A stretch of DNA of 64,000 nt from the human T2T-CHM13v2.0 reference genome, Homo sapiens. The notes below the pieces were generated by a model, which was not told the DNA's origin, searched no databases, and was given only the letters and a program-made list of their open reading frames with translations. The translations under genes were made by a program, and so were the position numbers. The stretch lies in NCBI RefSeq assembly GCF_009914755.1, contig NC_060944.1, one strand, 5' to 3'. Positions 14,440 to 30,171 of this stretch are shown in pieces (the stretch's first letter is position 1; each line of letters opens with the position of its first letter).

Positions 14440-14962
14440 GATAGATAGATGCATACATATATATGTAAATATATATAGATAGCACATACCTACTATATAT
14501 ATATATGCACACACACATATAGTATGTATATGTGTATACCTTATATGTATATATGTATACACATACCTATATGTGTGTGTGCATATATATATGTGTGTAG
14601 GTATGTGCTATCTATTGTATGTATGTATATATATGTACACATGTATGTATATACATGCATATATGTGTGTGCACATATATATCTGTAGGTGTGTGCTATC
14701 TATATGTATGTATATATGTATGTATGCACATACAAATATATGGGTGTATATATATCTGTAGGTATGTGCTATGTATATGTATGTATGCATCTATTTACTT
14801 ATCTAATCACACAGACATATATGTATATATGTATATGTGTGTATATGTACACACATGTATATATGTATCTTTACATACATACAGATATATACACATATGT
14901 GTGTACATATATACATATATACATATACATGTATATCTATACACATACATACATTTCTAATA
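14440..14962. repeat. Complex (TA)/(TG)/(CA) low-complexity microsatellite
   Basis: About 520 bp of degenerate TATATG/CATATA repeats; source of the Y/I/C/M-rich ORFs. Confidence 0.92.
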
Positions 14963-16896
14963 CATAGCCTGGAAAGATACATATCAAGTTGACCTCAGAA
15001 ATTATCTTGGAGGAGTGAAGAAGGAGCACAGTTGGGTTTTGGAGAGTTTAATATTGCACTTTCTAAATTTATGTGTAATTGAATATGCATACACACATAT
15101 AATGAGTTATTTTATAAAACAAACACATATTTTCATTAAACAAGAACTAAATGGACTATATGTTGCTAAGTTCAGTAGCATGTTTCAAACAGTAATTTTC
15201 TACATACCTGAGTCTCCAAAGCCTTCAGTGGCTTTTGGTAACAAATGGCACTTTCCATCATATTTTTACAGAAAGCACTAGCACTTTGACTCTTGCTCCA
15301 CAATTGCCTTTACATAGAATATTCAGTAGGCATACGTGGGATGCTCATTCATCAGGAAACTGAACCCTTGCAATTCTAAATCAAGCAAACCTATATTGCA
15401 CTTTAAAATATTAATGATGTCTTTTGTCAGATGAAATTATATGTGGAAACATTTTGGAAACTAGAAAGCACTATGCCAGTTTGAGGGATCTAATGATAAT
15501 ATTAAAGTTATTATTATTATTATTTTACTAAAATAAATTTTTCTGAATACATGAACCATTTATGGAACGTAGCTTGTATTTCCCGAGAGGCAGAATTTTC
15601 TCTCTGCCCCATTATTTTCTATGCATATTAAAGTATCGTGTGACATGCTGTTTTGTGAGTGGCTGGACAGAAGGGACATTCTATCTTTCAGAATGCCATG
15701 CAGCAGTTCATGCATTATATTCATAAGCACGATTTTTAATTTAATTTTTTTGACAAGTGCAGTGAAGGGTAAAATCAGGCAGTCATAATTTTTACTTTGC
15801 CATCACTCAAATGAGCTTAGTGATTGACCAGCTTTTAACAAAATAAGGATCCAGGAAAAGCAGCTTTCCCCTGAAGAAAAGCTTTGTTTTATCCTCTAGA
15901 CTTTAAAATATCAAGAATTTAAGCAAAATGTGTAAATTTCCATGGTGAAAAATCAGAATACAATAAATGCCTATACCACCATTTTGCTTTAATCATATTT
16001 TTCTTATATTCTGCTTGATTCCAGGCCATTCTGAACTATCCACCACCACAAAGTAGTAGAAGGACCCAGTGGTCTATTTTCATTTGTACTGGTGCTCCCC
16101 ATGCTTACCCATTAAACAGACCACAGAGTCCTGTTTCAGAGTCAGCTCTAGGACTTTAAATGGGACTTAGAGAATGTGAGTATTAAGGCATTTTCCATTG
16201 TGAGAAGGGCTGAATCTACCAAGGCAGAGAAACCACAGGTTCTGTTTGACTGGGAACGATCCCAATTTATGCATGTTGCCATTGGCATTTGTTAGCAATG
16301 TTCCCTTTCACTCTTGGAGGTAACCCAAGTTTGGTGATAACATATATGGACCCTCATACCCATAGAGAAACAGTTCAGTATGAGTATGGACAGAACTCTC
16401 AATTGTCCATGTTCTGCTTCCTACTTGGGCAGTTTTTCTAACCTAAGACTCAGTTTCTTCATACATTAAATGGACAGAAGGGAAACTGATCTTGCAGGAC
16501 TGCAGGGCAATTTAAATAAGATGATTTATGGAAAACACCGGGCACATTGAGTAGACAGAAGAGCTGGTCAGTGAGTATATTGAATTTGAAACAAGAAGAG
16601 CTCCCTCCCACCAAAGACTCCCCTACCTTGCTTATTAATGCTTGAAATTCCTTTTAATGTGAACAAAATACTTTTGCAAGCAGAGATACATTTTTAAATG
16701 CATTGCTTGCATCGCACATCTAGCTGGGTTTGTCTCTCTCCTTTTTCCCTTAGGTTCACTCAGCACACTCTGCATGCCTCCCCACCCCAGCCCCCAGTTG
16801 CACTAATTCCAGTCCCAAAGGGACTTTCTTCCAGTCTGTCTTCATCTTCCTGATCTCTATTCCCCTTATCTTCAAGTCCAGATTCCCAAGAAACTA

Positions 16897-17281
16897 CAGA
16901 AGGTCCACCATTTACAATGGTTTGATTTAGGATTTTTTGACTTGATGGTGTGAAAGCAATAGGCATTCAGTAGAAATCTTTGGTTTTGAATTTTGATGTT
17001 CTCCTGGACTCTCGATGTGATAGTCTTTCATGATGCTGTGCAGTGAGCCACAGCCCCCAGTCAGCCGCACCATCACGACGGTAAACAACTGATACCGCAC
17101 TCTAGAGTGGCCTGTGTTGTCAGCAGTTTTTGGATATTGTTTTGTGTTTTCACATTTCATCATGTCTACAAAATGCCCATCTGTGCAAGTTAGGTGTATT
17201 AAATGCATTTTTGCTTACAGTATTTTCAACCTACAATGGGTTTATCAGGACATAGCCCCATCTTAAGTCAAGGAGCATCAG
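16897..17281 (-). mobile_element. MER47/Tigger5-type TcMar DNA transposon
   Basis: TA|cagaaggtccaccatttacaatgg left end; right end ...ccccatcttaagtcaaggagcatcag is the reverse complement of the MER47 start. Confidence 0.7.
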
Positions 17282-18039
17282 CAGCCTATCTCCAATATTT
17301 ACACAACCACACATCTCAACCATTTCTCAATCTCTACTTAACTGTCTCTAAAACTTTAAGGAGGGTACCAGATTAGGTCAGGGGCATGAGGAAAGAGGTG
17401 GTCTCTAGTTATCGGCCCTCAGTTCAGAGCTTGCCACTGAGACAGTCATTGTTTGGTCCTCATGGTCCCTTGAGATCTGTTGACTCTCAGCTATTTCTGT
17501 AAGATTCTGGGACCAAGAATCTCTCTTCTGAGGCTGGGCTATTCTTACTGCCTGTAGTCTTCTTTCCCTGATAAGTGTTTCTCAAAATATGGCCAATGGA
17601 ACCCTGGGGGAGGTCCCCCAAAGCCCTTCCAGCGATCCACAAGGTCAAAATTAGTTTTGCATGGAGCTGTGCTCCCAGAAGTCTCCACTCACATGGAATT
17701 CAGTGTGCATGAGGTCCTCTATAGTTGTGCAAAATGATGCTACTGCAGAAACATCCACTGCATCCTCCAACCACATCAGCATAGCTGCCCACCATCCAGT
17801 TTCTCCAAGCACTCATTCCACATACTTTTGTTAATGCCTACCATTTGACGGTGTAGGTATTGTTCTAAGCCCTGAACACAATATAATATATAATATATGT
17901 ATTAATATATTATAAGCCCCTGCTTTCTTGGGGCTTATATTCTATATATAAAATAGAGGCCTCTACTCTCTTGGGGCTTTTATTCTAGGGTATGTGGCAT
18001 TGGGGATTGGCAGATAAAAAATGGATACAATGTTTAATA

Positions 18040-18460
18040 AATTATTTATCTATTGCTGCCTGAAAATTTATCCTAAAGCTTCAACCAACGATAAGCAATT
18101 ATTATCTCGGAGTTTCTGTCAGTCAGGAATTGGACAGTAGCATATCTTGAGGTTCTGGGCCACCATATCTCATGCTAATGTGTGACAGTTTAGGTCACAA
18201 AAGATGGCTTCTACCTTGCGCCCTCTCGGATCACTTGCTCTGGGGTAAGGCAGCCGCCATGTATGAGGACCCCAGCTCTGTGAAAAGGTTCTCATGGCAA
18301 GGAGCTGAGGCCCCCTGCTGGCAGCCGGCGCCAAGATATAAGTCATGTGAGTGAACCGTCTTGGAGTCAGATCCTCCAGTCCCAAGAAAGCCCCCAGATG
18401 ACTGCAGACGTAGCTGACATTGTGACAACAACTTCATGGGAGACGTCATGCCAAGAGCCA
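18040..18460 (-). mobile_element. MLT1 LTR fragment(s) within an L2
   Basis: aatttattatctcggagtttctgtcagtcaggaatt and other MLT1 motifs; possibly composite in orientation. Confidence 0.5.
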
Positions 18461-18692
18461 TGGAGAAAAATCAAGCAGGGGAGGAGCTAGGAAATGCCCA
18501 AGTGTGTATGAGTGTGGGAGTGAGCCTGTGTGTGTGGTGGGGGAAATTAGGAGACAGCTGGGTTGGGTTTTAAAATATGTTAGATCTCTCTGATTATTAA
18601 GTTTCTATTTGAGAAGAAACCTGAAAAGCATAAAGGGGTAAGCCAGGCAGCTCTCTGGGAAAAGAGTGTTCCAGTAGAGGAAACAGTAAGTG

Positions 18693-18951
<259 letters not shown>

Positions 18952-19084
18952 CTAAAGCCCCAATGATCGAGGCGTCTGACTTACCCTAATAAAAAGCAAG
19001 AAGGTCCATGTGACAGCAGCAACAGAGAGTGAAGGGGAGGAGAGTAACTGGAGAGGTCACTGGAGGCCTATCCTGGAGAGGGGT

Positions 19085-19260
19085 GGGTTCCGCACTAGAG
19101 TGTGCATGAGAATCACCAGAGGGTGTGTCAAACCCAGATTTCAGGGTCTCACCCCCAAAGTCTCTGATTCAGTAGGTTTGGGGGTGGGGCTGAGAATCTT
19201 CACGTCCAATAATCTTCCAGGTGATGCCCTACGATGGAGATTATATCTTGAGAATCACTG
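19085..19260. mobile_element. MER5A-like element
   Basis: gcatgagaatcaccagaggg...tctgattcagtaggtttgggg...ttgagaatcactg. Confidence 0.7.
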
Positions 19261-19609
19261 CCTTGGGCATTGTTGGCCACTGTAAGAACTTTGACTGCTT
19301 CTCTCAGTGAAATGGGAAGAGAGCATTTTAAGCAGAGATAGGACGTGCTCTAACTTATATTTTAAAAGAAATCTTCTGGTTATTGTGTTGAGAATAGACT
19401 GGGCTAAGGGAAGAAACAGGAAAGAGTTTATTGGAGCAAGGGATACTAATGGCTTGATCCAAGTAGCAGCGAAAGGCAGGAATGATAATTGGTCACTTTT
19501 GGACACGTTAAAGGTAAAGCCAACAGAATTCACAGACATGTTGAATGTGGCATGTGAGAGAAAGAGAGGAGGCATAGATGGGTGTTTTCATTCTCTCCGC
19601 CACTACTGA

Positions 19610-19930
<321 letters not shown>

Positions 19931-20209
19931 TAAGCAAAAGCAAAATTTTCAGGCACAAAGAAAAATCTCCTAAATATCAAAAAGAGTAAAAGCACAAAAA
20001 TATTGACAAACAAGATAAACTGAGTAAAAAGATTATTTTATGTGATTTAGATAGTATGATTTCACTATGTTTCTCCCCATAAAAGGTGTTTTTTTATTGT
20101 TTTTGTCTTGTTGCTTTTCAATAAGAAACTTCCCAGTTAAGGAATGATCATGTAATTGCTGTCATTTATGATTGCCAAGCTCAAGAAGACAGTAAGAAAG
20201 AAAGAAAGA

Positions 20210-20571
<362 letters not shown>

Positions 20572-21904
20572 CTAGGAATCAGATCCCTGAATTCTATTTT
20601 CATCCCTTAGGTGTACGATCATATTCTTTACCTCATGTCTCTCAGGTCCATTTAGATATCAAATTCTGTAATTCTACAAACCATCATATTCATGAAAATT
20701 GATTCTTTATGAGCTCTTTTCTTCATGCTCAGTAAATATTTCCATCCTTAATTCAAAGCACAGAATCATGGCTTTTAATGGCCAAGTGGGCCTCTGAGAA
20801 CATCTAGGGCAACACTCTCGTTTCACAGATGAGGAAACTTTCTTTTAAAACTCCTCTGAAATTGTCTAGAGGACTCATGAAAGGTGATACTAAGTTCACT
20901 ATTAAAAAACTAAAGGAAAAGATCAGTTTATCAGGGCATAGACAGTGGATCTTTTTATAGTAACTTTAAAGGTACCTTTCTTTAAATGTTATAGATGTCT
21001 GTGAGTAATTTAGACTATGTGTTTAACAATTTGTCTATTTTGATTTCCTAAACCAAGGATGAAGAATGCATCAGTCAGATGTGTTTGCCTTTGTTTTGTT
21101 GAAAACTCAGTCCCCGGGTTTATAGAACTAAAGCATTAGAGTGATTGTTTTCAATGTTGACACCATGCCAATAGGACATTTGAGGACTTATAATATTAGG
21201 TACTAATTTTTCAACAGAGAAAGGGTTTATTTTGTCGTTAAGGAGAGGTATTGCTATTTGAACAGTGTTGAATTTTCATGTTACGATTTTGTAGTTGTAT
21301 TTCAAAATTTCAGTTTTCTAATGTAACAAAGTTGTGCTTTCCTGCTATACCAGAGAGAGCCTTAAAACTGTCCACCTACACTAGAATTTCCTGGATTCAC
21401 GCCACACTCTCCTAATGCCTTGCTCAAGTGTGCCTGTTCTCTCCTACCTCTTGTCACTCTGGAGCCATCAGAGACAGTCTTAGGAAATGATTTCATCTCC
21501 AGGGATCACCATGCCTGAGGAATGACATGCAGAAACCCAGGGTACTGTATTCTCCGTAGACAGAAAATGCTAGCAGAACCACTTGAATCATTTCTCAATT
21601 CTCCATCCTGAGAATTCCCCACTGGCTTCTAACAATCTTTGCTGCTGGCAGAAGGAAAGTAGATATGGGGTTTGAGAGGAAAGGGGCAGAGGGAAGGGGA
21701 GACTGGCTGTAGAATGTGGAGCGAAAGTGGAATGTTTTTGCTGAGTGCTTAGTGAACAGTTGCAAACTGCCACCCTTGGGAGAACCTCTCATTCAGCCAC
21801 TTATGGTGTATCCAAAAACGCAGATTCCTGCACCTAGCCCAACCCTTCACCAAATCAGAAAGCTGCATGCTAACTAGATGCAATGCATCTTTGGAGCACC
21901 ATTT

Positions 21905-22790
21905 CTTTTGCCTTTGTTTCTTATTTTAAACAATCTCAAACTTACAGCAAATTTGCAAGTACAGTAAAAATAACCTTTTTTTCCTGAACCATTTGGGAAT
22001 AAGTTGCCAATCTACTGTTTCTATCCCCAAACATTTAACTGAGCATTTTCTACAAATTGGGCATTCATCCTGCATGAGCACAATAAAAAGATCAAAATTA
22101 GAACATGAATATGGATATATCACTACTATCTAATTTTCAGATCTCATTTAAGTTTCACCAGTTTTCCAATGATGCTCCTTGTAACAAAAAAAAAAAACGC
22201 TTTCAAACTCAAATTTCTCATTTTGCTGCCACATCTCTTTATTCTCCTCCAGTCTGGAACAGTTTCCCAATCTTAATTTGACTTTACTGCCCTTGACACT
22301 TTTGAAGATTGCAGGTCAGTTATCTACTCGAATGTTTCCAATTTGGATTGGTCTGATGTTTTCTCATGGCTGGATTCAAGTGATGCATCTTTGAAGAACT
22401 ATCACAGAAGTGATACTGTGTTCTTCTCATGGCAGGCTATGAAGGGCCCATTATCTCAATTTGTCCCATTATTGACAATATTCACTCGCTTTGATTACTT
22501 GATTAAGGTGGTGTCTCAGAGGCTCCTCAACTACACAGCTGCTTTTTCCTCTGTTTGTAATTGATGAGTACCCCTTGTGGGAAGGCACAATGAAACTAGG
22601 TAAATGGCCCATTCCTCATTAAACTTTCAATTTATTCATTTGTGTACTTATTTATATCCTCGTGGACTCATCATTTCCCATTCTATTCAATGGGTTGTAA
22701 TAACGCCTTAGCCTTGGTACCCACCAATTCTTCAAGGAGGTTTGGTTTCTTTTAGTAGAGAAGCGTATTTGGAAACTAGATCTGAGTATT
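21905..22790 (-). mobile_element. Old L1 (L1MB/MC-type) 3' end
   Basis: ctgaaccatttgggaataagttgcc; tcagtctggaacagtt-like; cccttgacacttttgaaga motifs. Confidence 0.65.
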
Positions 22791-24524
22791 AAGTGTGTGG
22801 ATCACAATTTGAGATATGTTATTTAAAACAGAACGATCAGATTATCTTGATGGTTCAATGTGGGGAACCAGCTCACAAGATCAGTCAATCACATCTTCCT
22901 GATGAATTCATCCAATTGCCAGAATGGTTTTCTTATAGACCTTCCATTATAGCTGTGGCCAAGAGATCAAATTGTCCAACTTTGGTTAAGTTTGGCAGAG
23001 TACAGCCCAATGAGGATGGGGAGAGCATGGAAATCTGTTTGGTGTTTAGGGTTTCTAAAAGTGTTAACTCAATCCTGTTGTCAAATTTTGCTTGTCCATT
23101 ATATAACACCAAATCAACTAATTAGCAAAGGGTTAATATTACATATGTAGGCATGCCCTTGAATTGTTTATGCACCTTTTTTTGTTCTCTTTTTATTGTA
23201 AGTGTTAAAATACACATGAGACAAAGGTCACATTTCTACGCTGATGACACGGTGTGCCGTGAGTGTGGACAGTCATTTTGCTAATTCTTCTCATTGGTGG
23301 TTCCACTAGATGGATGATTTCCCTGAATTAGCCATCATAACTGCCATCTGTTCCTGTGCATAGATACAGAGATCTAAAGAGTAGAGGTCAGGAAGAATTT
23401 TAAAAAGGGCTGTGTGCTCAGTTGCCTCTGTTTGTCTCTCTAGAACATTCTCTAGACTGCTTTTTGCCTGAGACCTAAGGGGCTGCATTGACTGGACTCC
23501 CTCACCCTCAAGCTTTGGGTTGGTTAACTAATATTTCTCAATTTTATTTTCATGACTACACTCCCTAAGGAGGCTTTTTTAGACATTCTTTTTCTAATTG
23601 TCTCCACCTGACCATGAAATTTTAATACCATAAATATATTGCATATCTATTTATGAACTGTATCTTTTGGAGGGTACAGACCATTATAATAGCTAAGAGT
23701 TTTTTGCTGTGTTTTTTGTTTTTTTCCTTTTTGCCCTGCCAAGAACAAATGTTTGCTTCCCATTGAGAAGGCATGCGCTAGACCAGTGGAAGTCATTTAA
23801 GGGAGATTGGAGAATGGGGGGAAAAGTACTAAGGACAAAAAGACATTTATTCTCTTTGACCCTTGCTGCCAGACAGAAATGACTTCACCCAAGGACACAG
23901 CACTTGCGGGTGGCCTTCTCCACCTCCAGCTATTGCTTGGTTTCAGGTGACCACTCCCTTTCTCTTCTCAGGCCTATGGGTGGTAACAGCTCCCATCCAC
24001 TGCTAGTCTTAGACATCTTTACTTTCCTTGATTGATTCCCTTGACTCTGCCCACATCTTTTAAAATATCCCATATTAAACTTTTTACACCCCTTTGAATG
24101 TGTCCTGCTTCCTGCTGGGACCATGACTAGTCTCTTCTAGTTGGAATCCATATCACCTTCTGTGATGTAGTCTCCAAGTCAGGCAGTCTCATTTCAACTA
24201 CAGTCTTTCTTTATGCTTCTCTTTTTCCTTTCTGGACTCTTACCTTTCTTTTATTTCTTACTCAGCAACAGTGTCTGCCCATTAAAATGCACCTTTGCGG
24301 TGGTGGTTTGGTTTTCTTTATCTCTCTTATTTCTTCCCTTCCTGTTGCATTTTCACTGGCATTGCATGGGATTTTTGTTTGGATACTAAGCCAAGCATCT
24401 TATACCCTTGCATGCTTGACATTTCTCTTTCTTAGCTTTCCAAACACCCAAGTCACCCTGACAGGCTCTTGAATACTTTCTTCCCACAAGTTAGTGATCT
24501 TAGCTGGCAAGAGCAGACAATCGC

Positions 24525-25070
24525 TTGTTCCAGGTACTAGGGATGTATAAAACTTGTTGGCTTAAAATAATGACATTTATTTTGCTCACACATCTGCAAG
24601 CTTGGCAGGGCTCGACAGGGATAGTTGTCTCTGCTCTACTCAGCATTGGCTGGGGTGGCTCAGAAATTGGGAGGCTGAAATATCCAGGGCTTCTCTTACT
24701 CACTTGTCTGAGCCCTAAGCTTAGAAGACTCAAACAACTGAAAGCTGGAAGAACTGGAGCTCTTTGGGCATCTCTCTAGCTTGATGAAGTCTCTCCATGT
24801 AATCTACCAGCATGGGGGGCTTAGGGCAGTCTTACTTGTTACACATTGACCCAGAGCTCCCATAGTGATTATGTCAAGAGAAAGAGCTTGTTATTCAGTG
24901 TTATTTTTACCACATTCTATTGGTTGAGGTTAACAAGTCCCCAGGATTAAGGGGAGAGAACTTAGACCCTGCCTTTTGAAGGAGAATGTCAATGTCACAT
25001 TGTATATTTTTAAAAAGTGGAATGAGATATGTATAGGTACAGTCATTTTTGGAAAAACAATCTGATCTGC
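24525..25070 (-). mobile_element. MLT1 LTR
   Basis: ggcttaaaataatgacatttattttgctcac...cacattctattggttgagg...cattttggaaaa motifs. Confidence 0.6.
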
Positions 25071-25089
25071 TTCAGTATCATACACATAA

Positions 25090-25408
<319 letters not shown>

Positions 25409-25977
25409 ATAATACAATTTTTGAGACCTTGTGGAAGTCCTTTGGGGTTCAGAAGAAAATACTGGAAATTACTAATGGAAAACAAGCAGAGATAGGAAGA
25501 TGTCAGTAAGGAGGTCTTAATACCTACTTTGTATAATAATGGGGCTCAGGATTTCTGAGTGAGAAGATCAAGAGTAGGTACAGTCAAGGAAATAAGAACT
25601 CTGGATTCCTGTCTATGCAGATTGAGTCAAGCAAGTCTCTGATCTCTATCAAATGAAGAATTAATCTTATGATTTTGATGTTCTTTCTCAAAACCCCTGG
25701 TTCTGTTACGCCATCATCAACTCACTTTTCTGTTTCCTGTTTAAAGTCACTTTCTCTCAAAATTTGCTGACTCCAAATTCTGTTGCTTTTGCTGAGAAGA
25801 CAGTCACACTGCTGTCTATGCAGCTCCACTAAATCAAGTGTGAGCTTCAAGTCCTCAGTGGCACCAAGCGTTATTTCAAGAGTTATTCTTCCTTTGTGTA
25901 TGAAAATTTGCATTTTGAATGTGTGTCATCAGAGAAGTAATGGGAAATTGGGGATTGTGATGTGGCCAAGTCAGAGG

Positions 25978-25980
<3 letters not shown>

Positions 25981-26008
<28 letters not shown>
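25981..26008. repeat. (TG)14 microsatellite
   Basis: Perfect TG run. Confidence 0.95.
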
Positions 26009-26011
<3 letters not shown>

Positions 26012-27440
26012 CTATCACCATTCTTTTTCTCTAAAAGAGAGTTTTGATGGTAGATGAGGACGTAGGACCACTAGATTCAAAAGTGGAGGATGTAAAAGAA
26101 TTTGGAAATAGATTAAACACAATTCTGGAGTTGTCTATGAAGCTCTCTTTATAAAGTATCTTCATATGCAACAGCACATGTAGTAGGCACTTTCTGACGA
26201 TGGTCACAACAGAACGCAGAATGGCTGAAGCCCTGAAATGATGCACACTGTATATGAAATTGAACACGTCGGTCCACGAATGTTTTTAAATCTGTAATTT
26301 AAAAAACTCCCAAGGTGTCGCCAATGTGAAAATAAGTGAGAACCACAAGCACCCTACCACATGGTTTGTAGAGGCCAAGATTCTCTCAGATTCAAGGATA
26401 GAAAAGCCACTCAAAACTGTTTTAAGCAAACTTGTATCTGAAAAGTCTATTTGATACTTAATTAGCTAATTTACCAGTTGCATCAGAACTAGGTTCCTCT
26501 ACCCATCTCTGTGCTCTGCCTCCCTCTGTATTGGCTCTATTTCATATTCTCACCTCTCTGGGACAAAGATGACCACTAACTGCTCTCTCATCAACCCTGG
26601 TATAAGTGGCATACTTCTTTCTCAATAGCTCCCATGAAAGATCTGAAATTGTTTCATTGTCTCCGATTGGCTAGACTCTGATCTAGCATCTGCCCTTGAA
26701 CCAATCACTGTGGCCATGGACATGTACTGCCCTGACTAGGTCTAGGACACATGGCAACTCTGGGACCGGGAGGTGCAGGGGTGGAGCAACATGGTTAACT
26801 ATAATTAAAACTATGGACCAAGTAGGAGCTGAGTGGTTCCCCAGAGGAAAACAGGGGAAGTATCAACAGGGAAAATAGACGGTATGCCTTCTATTCTAGT
26901 TCGTCGTCAGTAAATATTATTTGATCATTGAATTCTTGTGTCTTGTTCTTTAAAGACAGACAATAAGAGTTAGGAGGACATAATGTCATGGCTAACAATG
27001 TTGCTGTAAATTCGTTATCAATTTTTCCCTTTCCACTCTCACTTTATTATAAAAGATCAAAGGGGATTTTCAGGAAAGCGTTAACACTACTTAAAAGCCC
27101 CACCTCGAAGACTGGAGGTGTGGAGAGAAGCTATATATAAGGTGGACCCAGCCAGGATAAATGTGAAGGATAGGCAAGAAGCACTGGTAGGTGAAGGTGA
27201 ATAGTGCAAGGGTATGGACTGAAAATCAGTGTGGTGGGAGAAGTGAGAAAACACCAGGGGAGGAAATAAAAGCTAAACAAAAGAGAGAGTGCCACCTCTG
27301 TATGTTGTTGCTGGGATTATCCATAGGAAACAGACATGTGGAAAAGGATCCTGTGACTAAGAATAGGGCGTACAGGAAGTAAATAGTACTGTTAGCCTCT
27401 GGAAAGCAATGTGGAATTCAACTTTTAAAATTTGCATGTT

Positions 27441-27632
<192 letters not shown>

Positions 27633-28499
27633 TTAAAACATTGTTCTGTGTTTCCAAGCTGTTTTGACAGTGGGTCAAAGGAATGCCAATAGTACGGATT
27701 ATGACTGGCTTCATTTTAAATGGCAGCCCCAAGCAAAGTTGAAATTTGAACTTCTGTTTACATTTAGAAATTCTCTGGATTGTCTGGTAACCTTGTCTTT
27801 AGAAGCCTGATGTTTATATATTGGCAGCCACAGGGAATTATTTCCCTTTGGGTGTTCAATTGCTGTCCAATTTCCTTATCTACTGCCCATTAAATTAGGA
27901 AACGTTGGGTCTCATCATCTGCTTCACTTTCCAATCACTTTACCAGCAATAGGCTTCAATAACTAGTGCCTTGCAGTGTTGTTTTGTAAGCCATGGTGTC
28001 CTCAGGATGCATTTTAAAAAATAGATACCTGAAGTAATGTGAAGAGCCAGTTTATAGGTTTAAAACCTGATTTTGAGATTCAGACATAGTTCTTAGGAGG
28101 CTGAACCCTGAGGTTTTTCTTTTCAACTTACTCACTATACAGTGTGTTGTATTTCCAAATATGAATCTTGGTAAGGACAGGTTTGAAACAGTCTAGCTTC
28201 ATTGACCACAAAAGTTGGTTATCGGTGAAACATGATGAAAACATCACATTTCTCATTTACCAAAAGGTGCCTTCAGTGGAGGTTATTGGATTGCAAAGAG
28301 GATGTTTGTTGGAACCGAGAATAAAAACCAAATAAGGTTATAAAACAAAAGGTAGTGATGATTTGACATTGAATGGTATGCCCAGAAACTTAATTAAATT
28401 TTAATTAAAATGTAATTCTGCATAAAATTTAATTATATGACAATGAGTATTCTCATAGAGTAAGTTAGGAAAGTTTTCTAAAGTCAGTTGGAAAGGCAC

Positions 28500-28730
28500 C
28501 ATGCAGTGTGTCATAATAAAAAGGACAGAGGCTACAAGGCCAGCCAGATCTGGGTTTGAATCCCAGCTCTACCACTGACTGGTTCTAAGCTTCAGTTTTC
28601 TCATCTGTAAAATGGGAATAAATTCTTACTCTGCTTACTTGGCAAAAATTAGAAGTCAAATGTATTATTAAAAAAACCATTCATAATGTTTGACATTTAA
28701 AAATATATTAGGCATTCAAAAATGGTAGCT
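28500..28730 (+). mobile_element. MIR
   Basis: tgggtttgaatcccagctctaccact...cagttttctcatctgtaaaatggg core. Confidence 0.75.
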
Positions 28731-30171
28731 ATTATCACTATTATTATTATTATTTCTTCTGGAGAATAGATATCCATTGTCCCTCTTCTCTTCATAGAAA
28801 AAAAAAATCCAGAAAACAAATGCCTTTTTAAATAACCTGGTTGTAGAATTCAAACTGGCTCTGTCCAACAAAATTATGTTTAAGGCTGGAGAGAGTTTTG
28901 CTAGTTTCCCAGAAAAAGTATTGTCAAATTACTTTTTTCTTGTTGTGTGTATTTTTTCCCTAAATTCTTTTTTTATAACTTTTACTTTCATCTGTGTGGA
29001 AATATTCTTGGCCATCTCTCTGTTGCTATCCCTTCAGTAAGTCTGCAATTATATTTTCAAGAGGTGCCAGCCCAAAGAATCATAAGCCCTTATGAGCTAA
29101 CAGTGAAGTCTCAGCCAAGAAAAGAAATTTAAAAAACCAGTTTCCTGAAAATTGTAACATACATAAGTTTGGAATGTGCTTGTTTGTTTGTGTCTTTCTT
29201 TTTTAGTTTATAGAATGCTTTGCTCTTTATGTTGAAAAACTGTCCATTATTACTGGCTGTTGGCCATTTTTTCATCTCTAGGGTAATATATTTCTACTAT
29301 AAAATTTCAACTCTGGTCAAAGCAGACAGTGTGTTATAAAAAAATATACTGAGCACAAATGCAGTCGTAAAGTCTCATATTTATTTACCTCTCAAAGTGA
29401 AAGTGCTTATAGTATTTTAGGGACACAGCATTTTTTAAATACTAGGCACTCAGTAAATATTTGTGGGTGGCCAAGTGAATGAATAAACGAATAAGCAAAT
29501 GAACGATGGGAATTTACCATGACTGCAAATCATTTCTCCTAAGTGAAATATACTGTTTGTTTTCCTGTGTGTGCATGGAGGGGGCAGTGAAATTGAGATA
29601 AATCTCATTGTTTAAAGAGTTCTTTAGGGACTACCAGAGTAGTGGACATGGTAATAAAACATTGTTCTCCAAAGCAGAATATGGTAGTTACAGTTACAGG
29701 AAGACTATTAACCCCTTTCTTTTTCTAGAATGGCTGCCCTGTATGTAATTTAGGTTTTGAAATCTTCCTTTTCCTGGACAGAGAATCGGTCCCAGAATAT
29801 CAGACCTGTGTTTATTGGAAAACAGCTCTATCTATCGCAGAGCAATTTCTGTTGTCCTTATTAACAAAGATCTTTGGGAGGTGAAGGTCATTTCAGGCCA
29901 GTGCTGAACAGCAATGAATTTGTTAAGTTGTTTTCCGAATGCTGAAAGGAGATGGACGTCAGAACCTGGACATGAACCTAAGGCAGTTGGGCCAGGTTTA
30001 AACCTCGCATGATCAGTGGGAATTTGTGTACTTTATTTAATGGGAAGCCTCAATTGCCTTATATAAAAAGTGAGGCAAGTGTAGCATACACCTTTCAGTA
30101 TTTGGGGTGAGGATTACATGAGATAACACGTGGAAAGCATTTACCATAATGCATAAGGACTACCACTACTA

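Noticed and set aside
14573-14967. Y/I/C/M/H-rich ORFs
   Set aside because: Translations of the TA/TG microsatellite.
17916-17990. Short duplication of cttggggctt(a/t)tattcta
   Set aside because: Small local duplication inside an L2 relic next to an AT tract; no sign of function.
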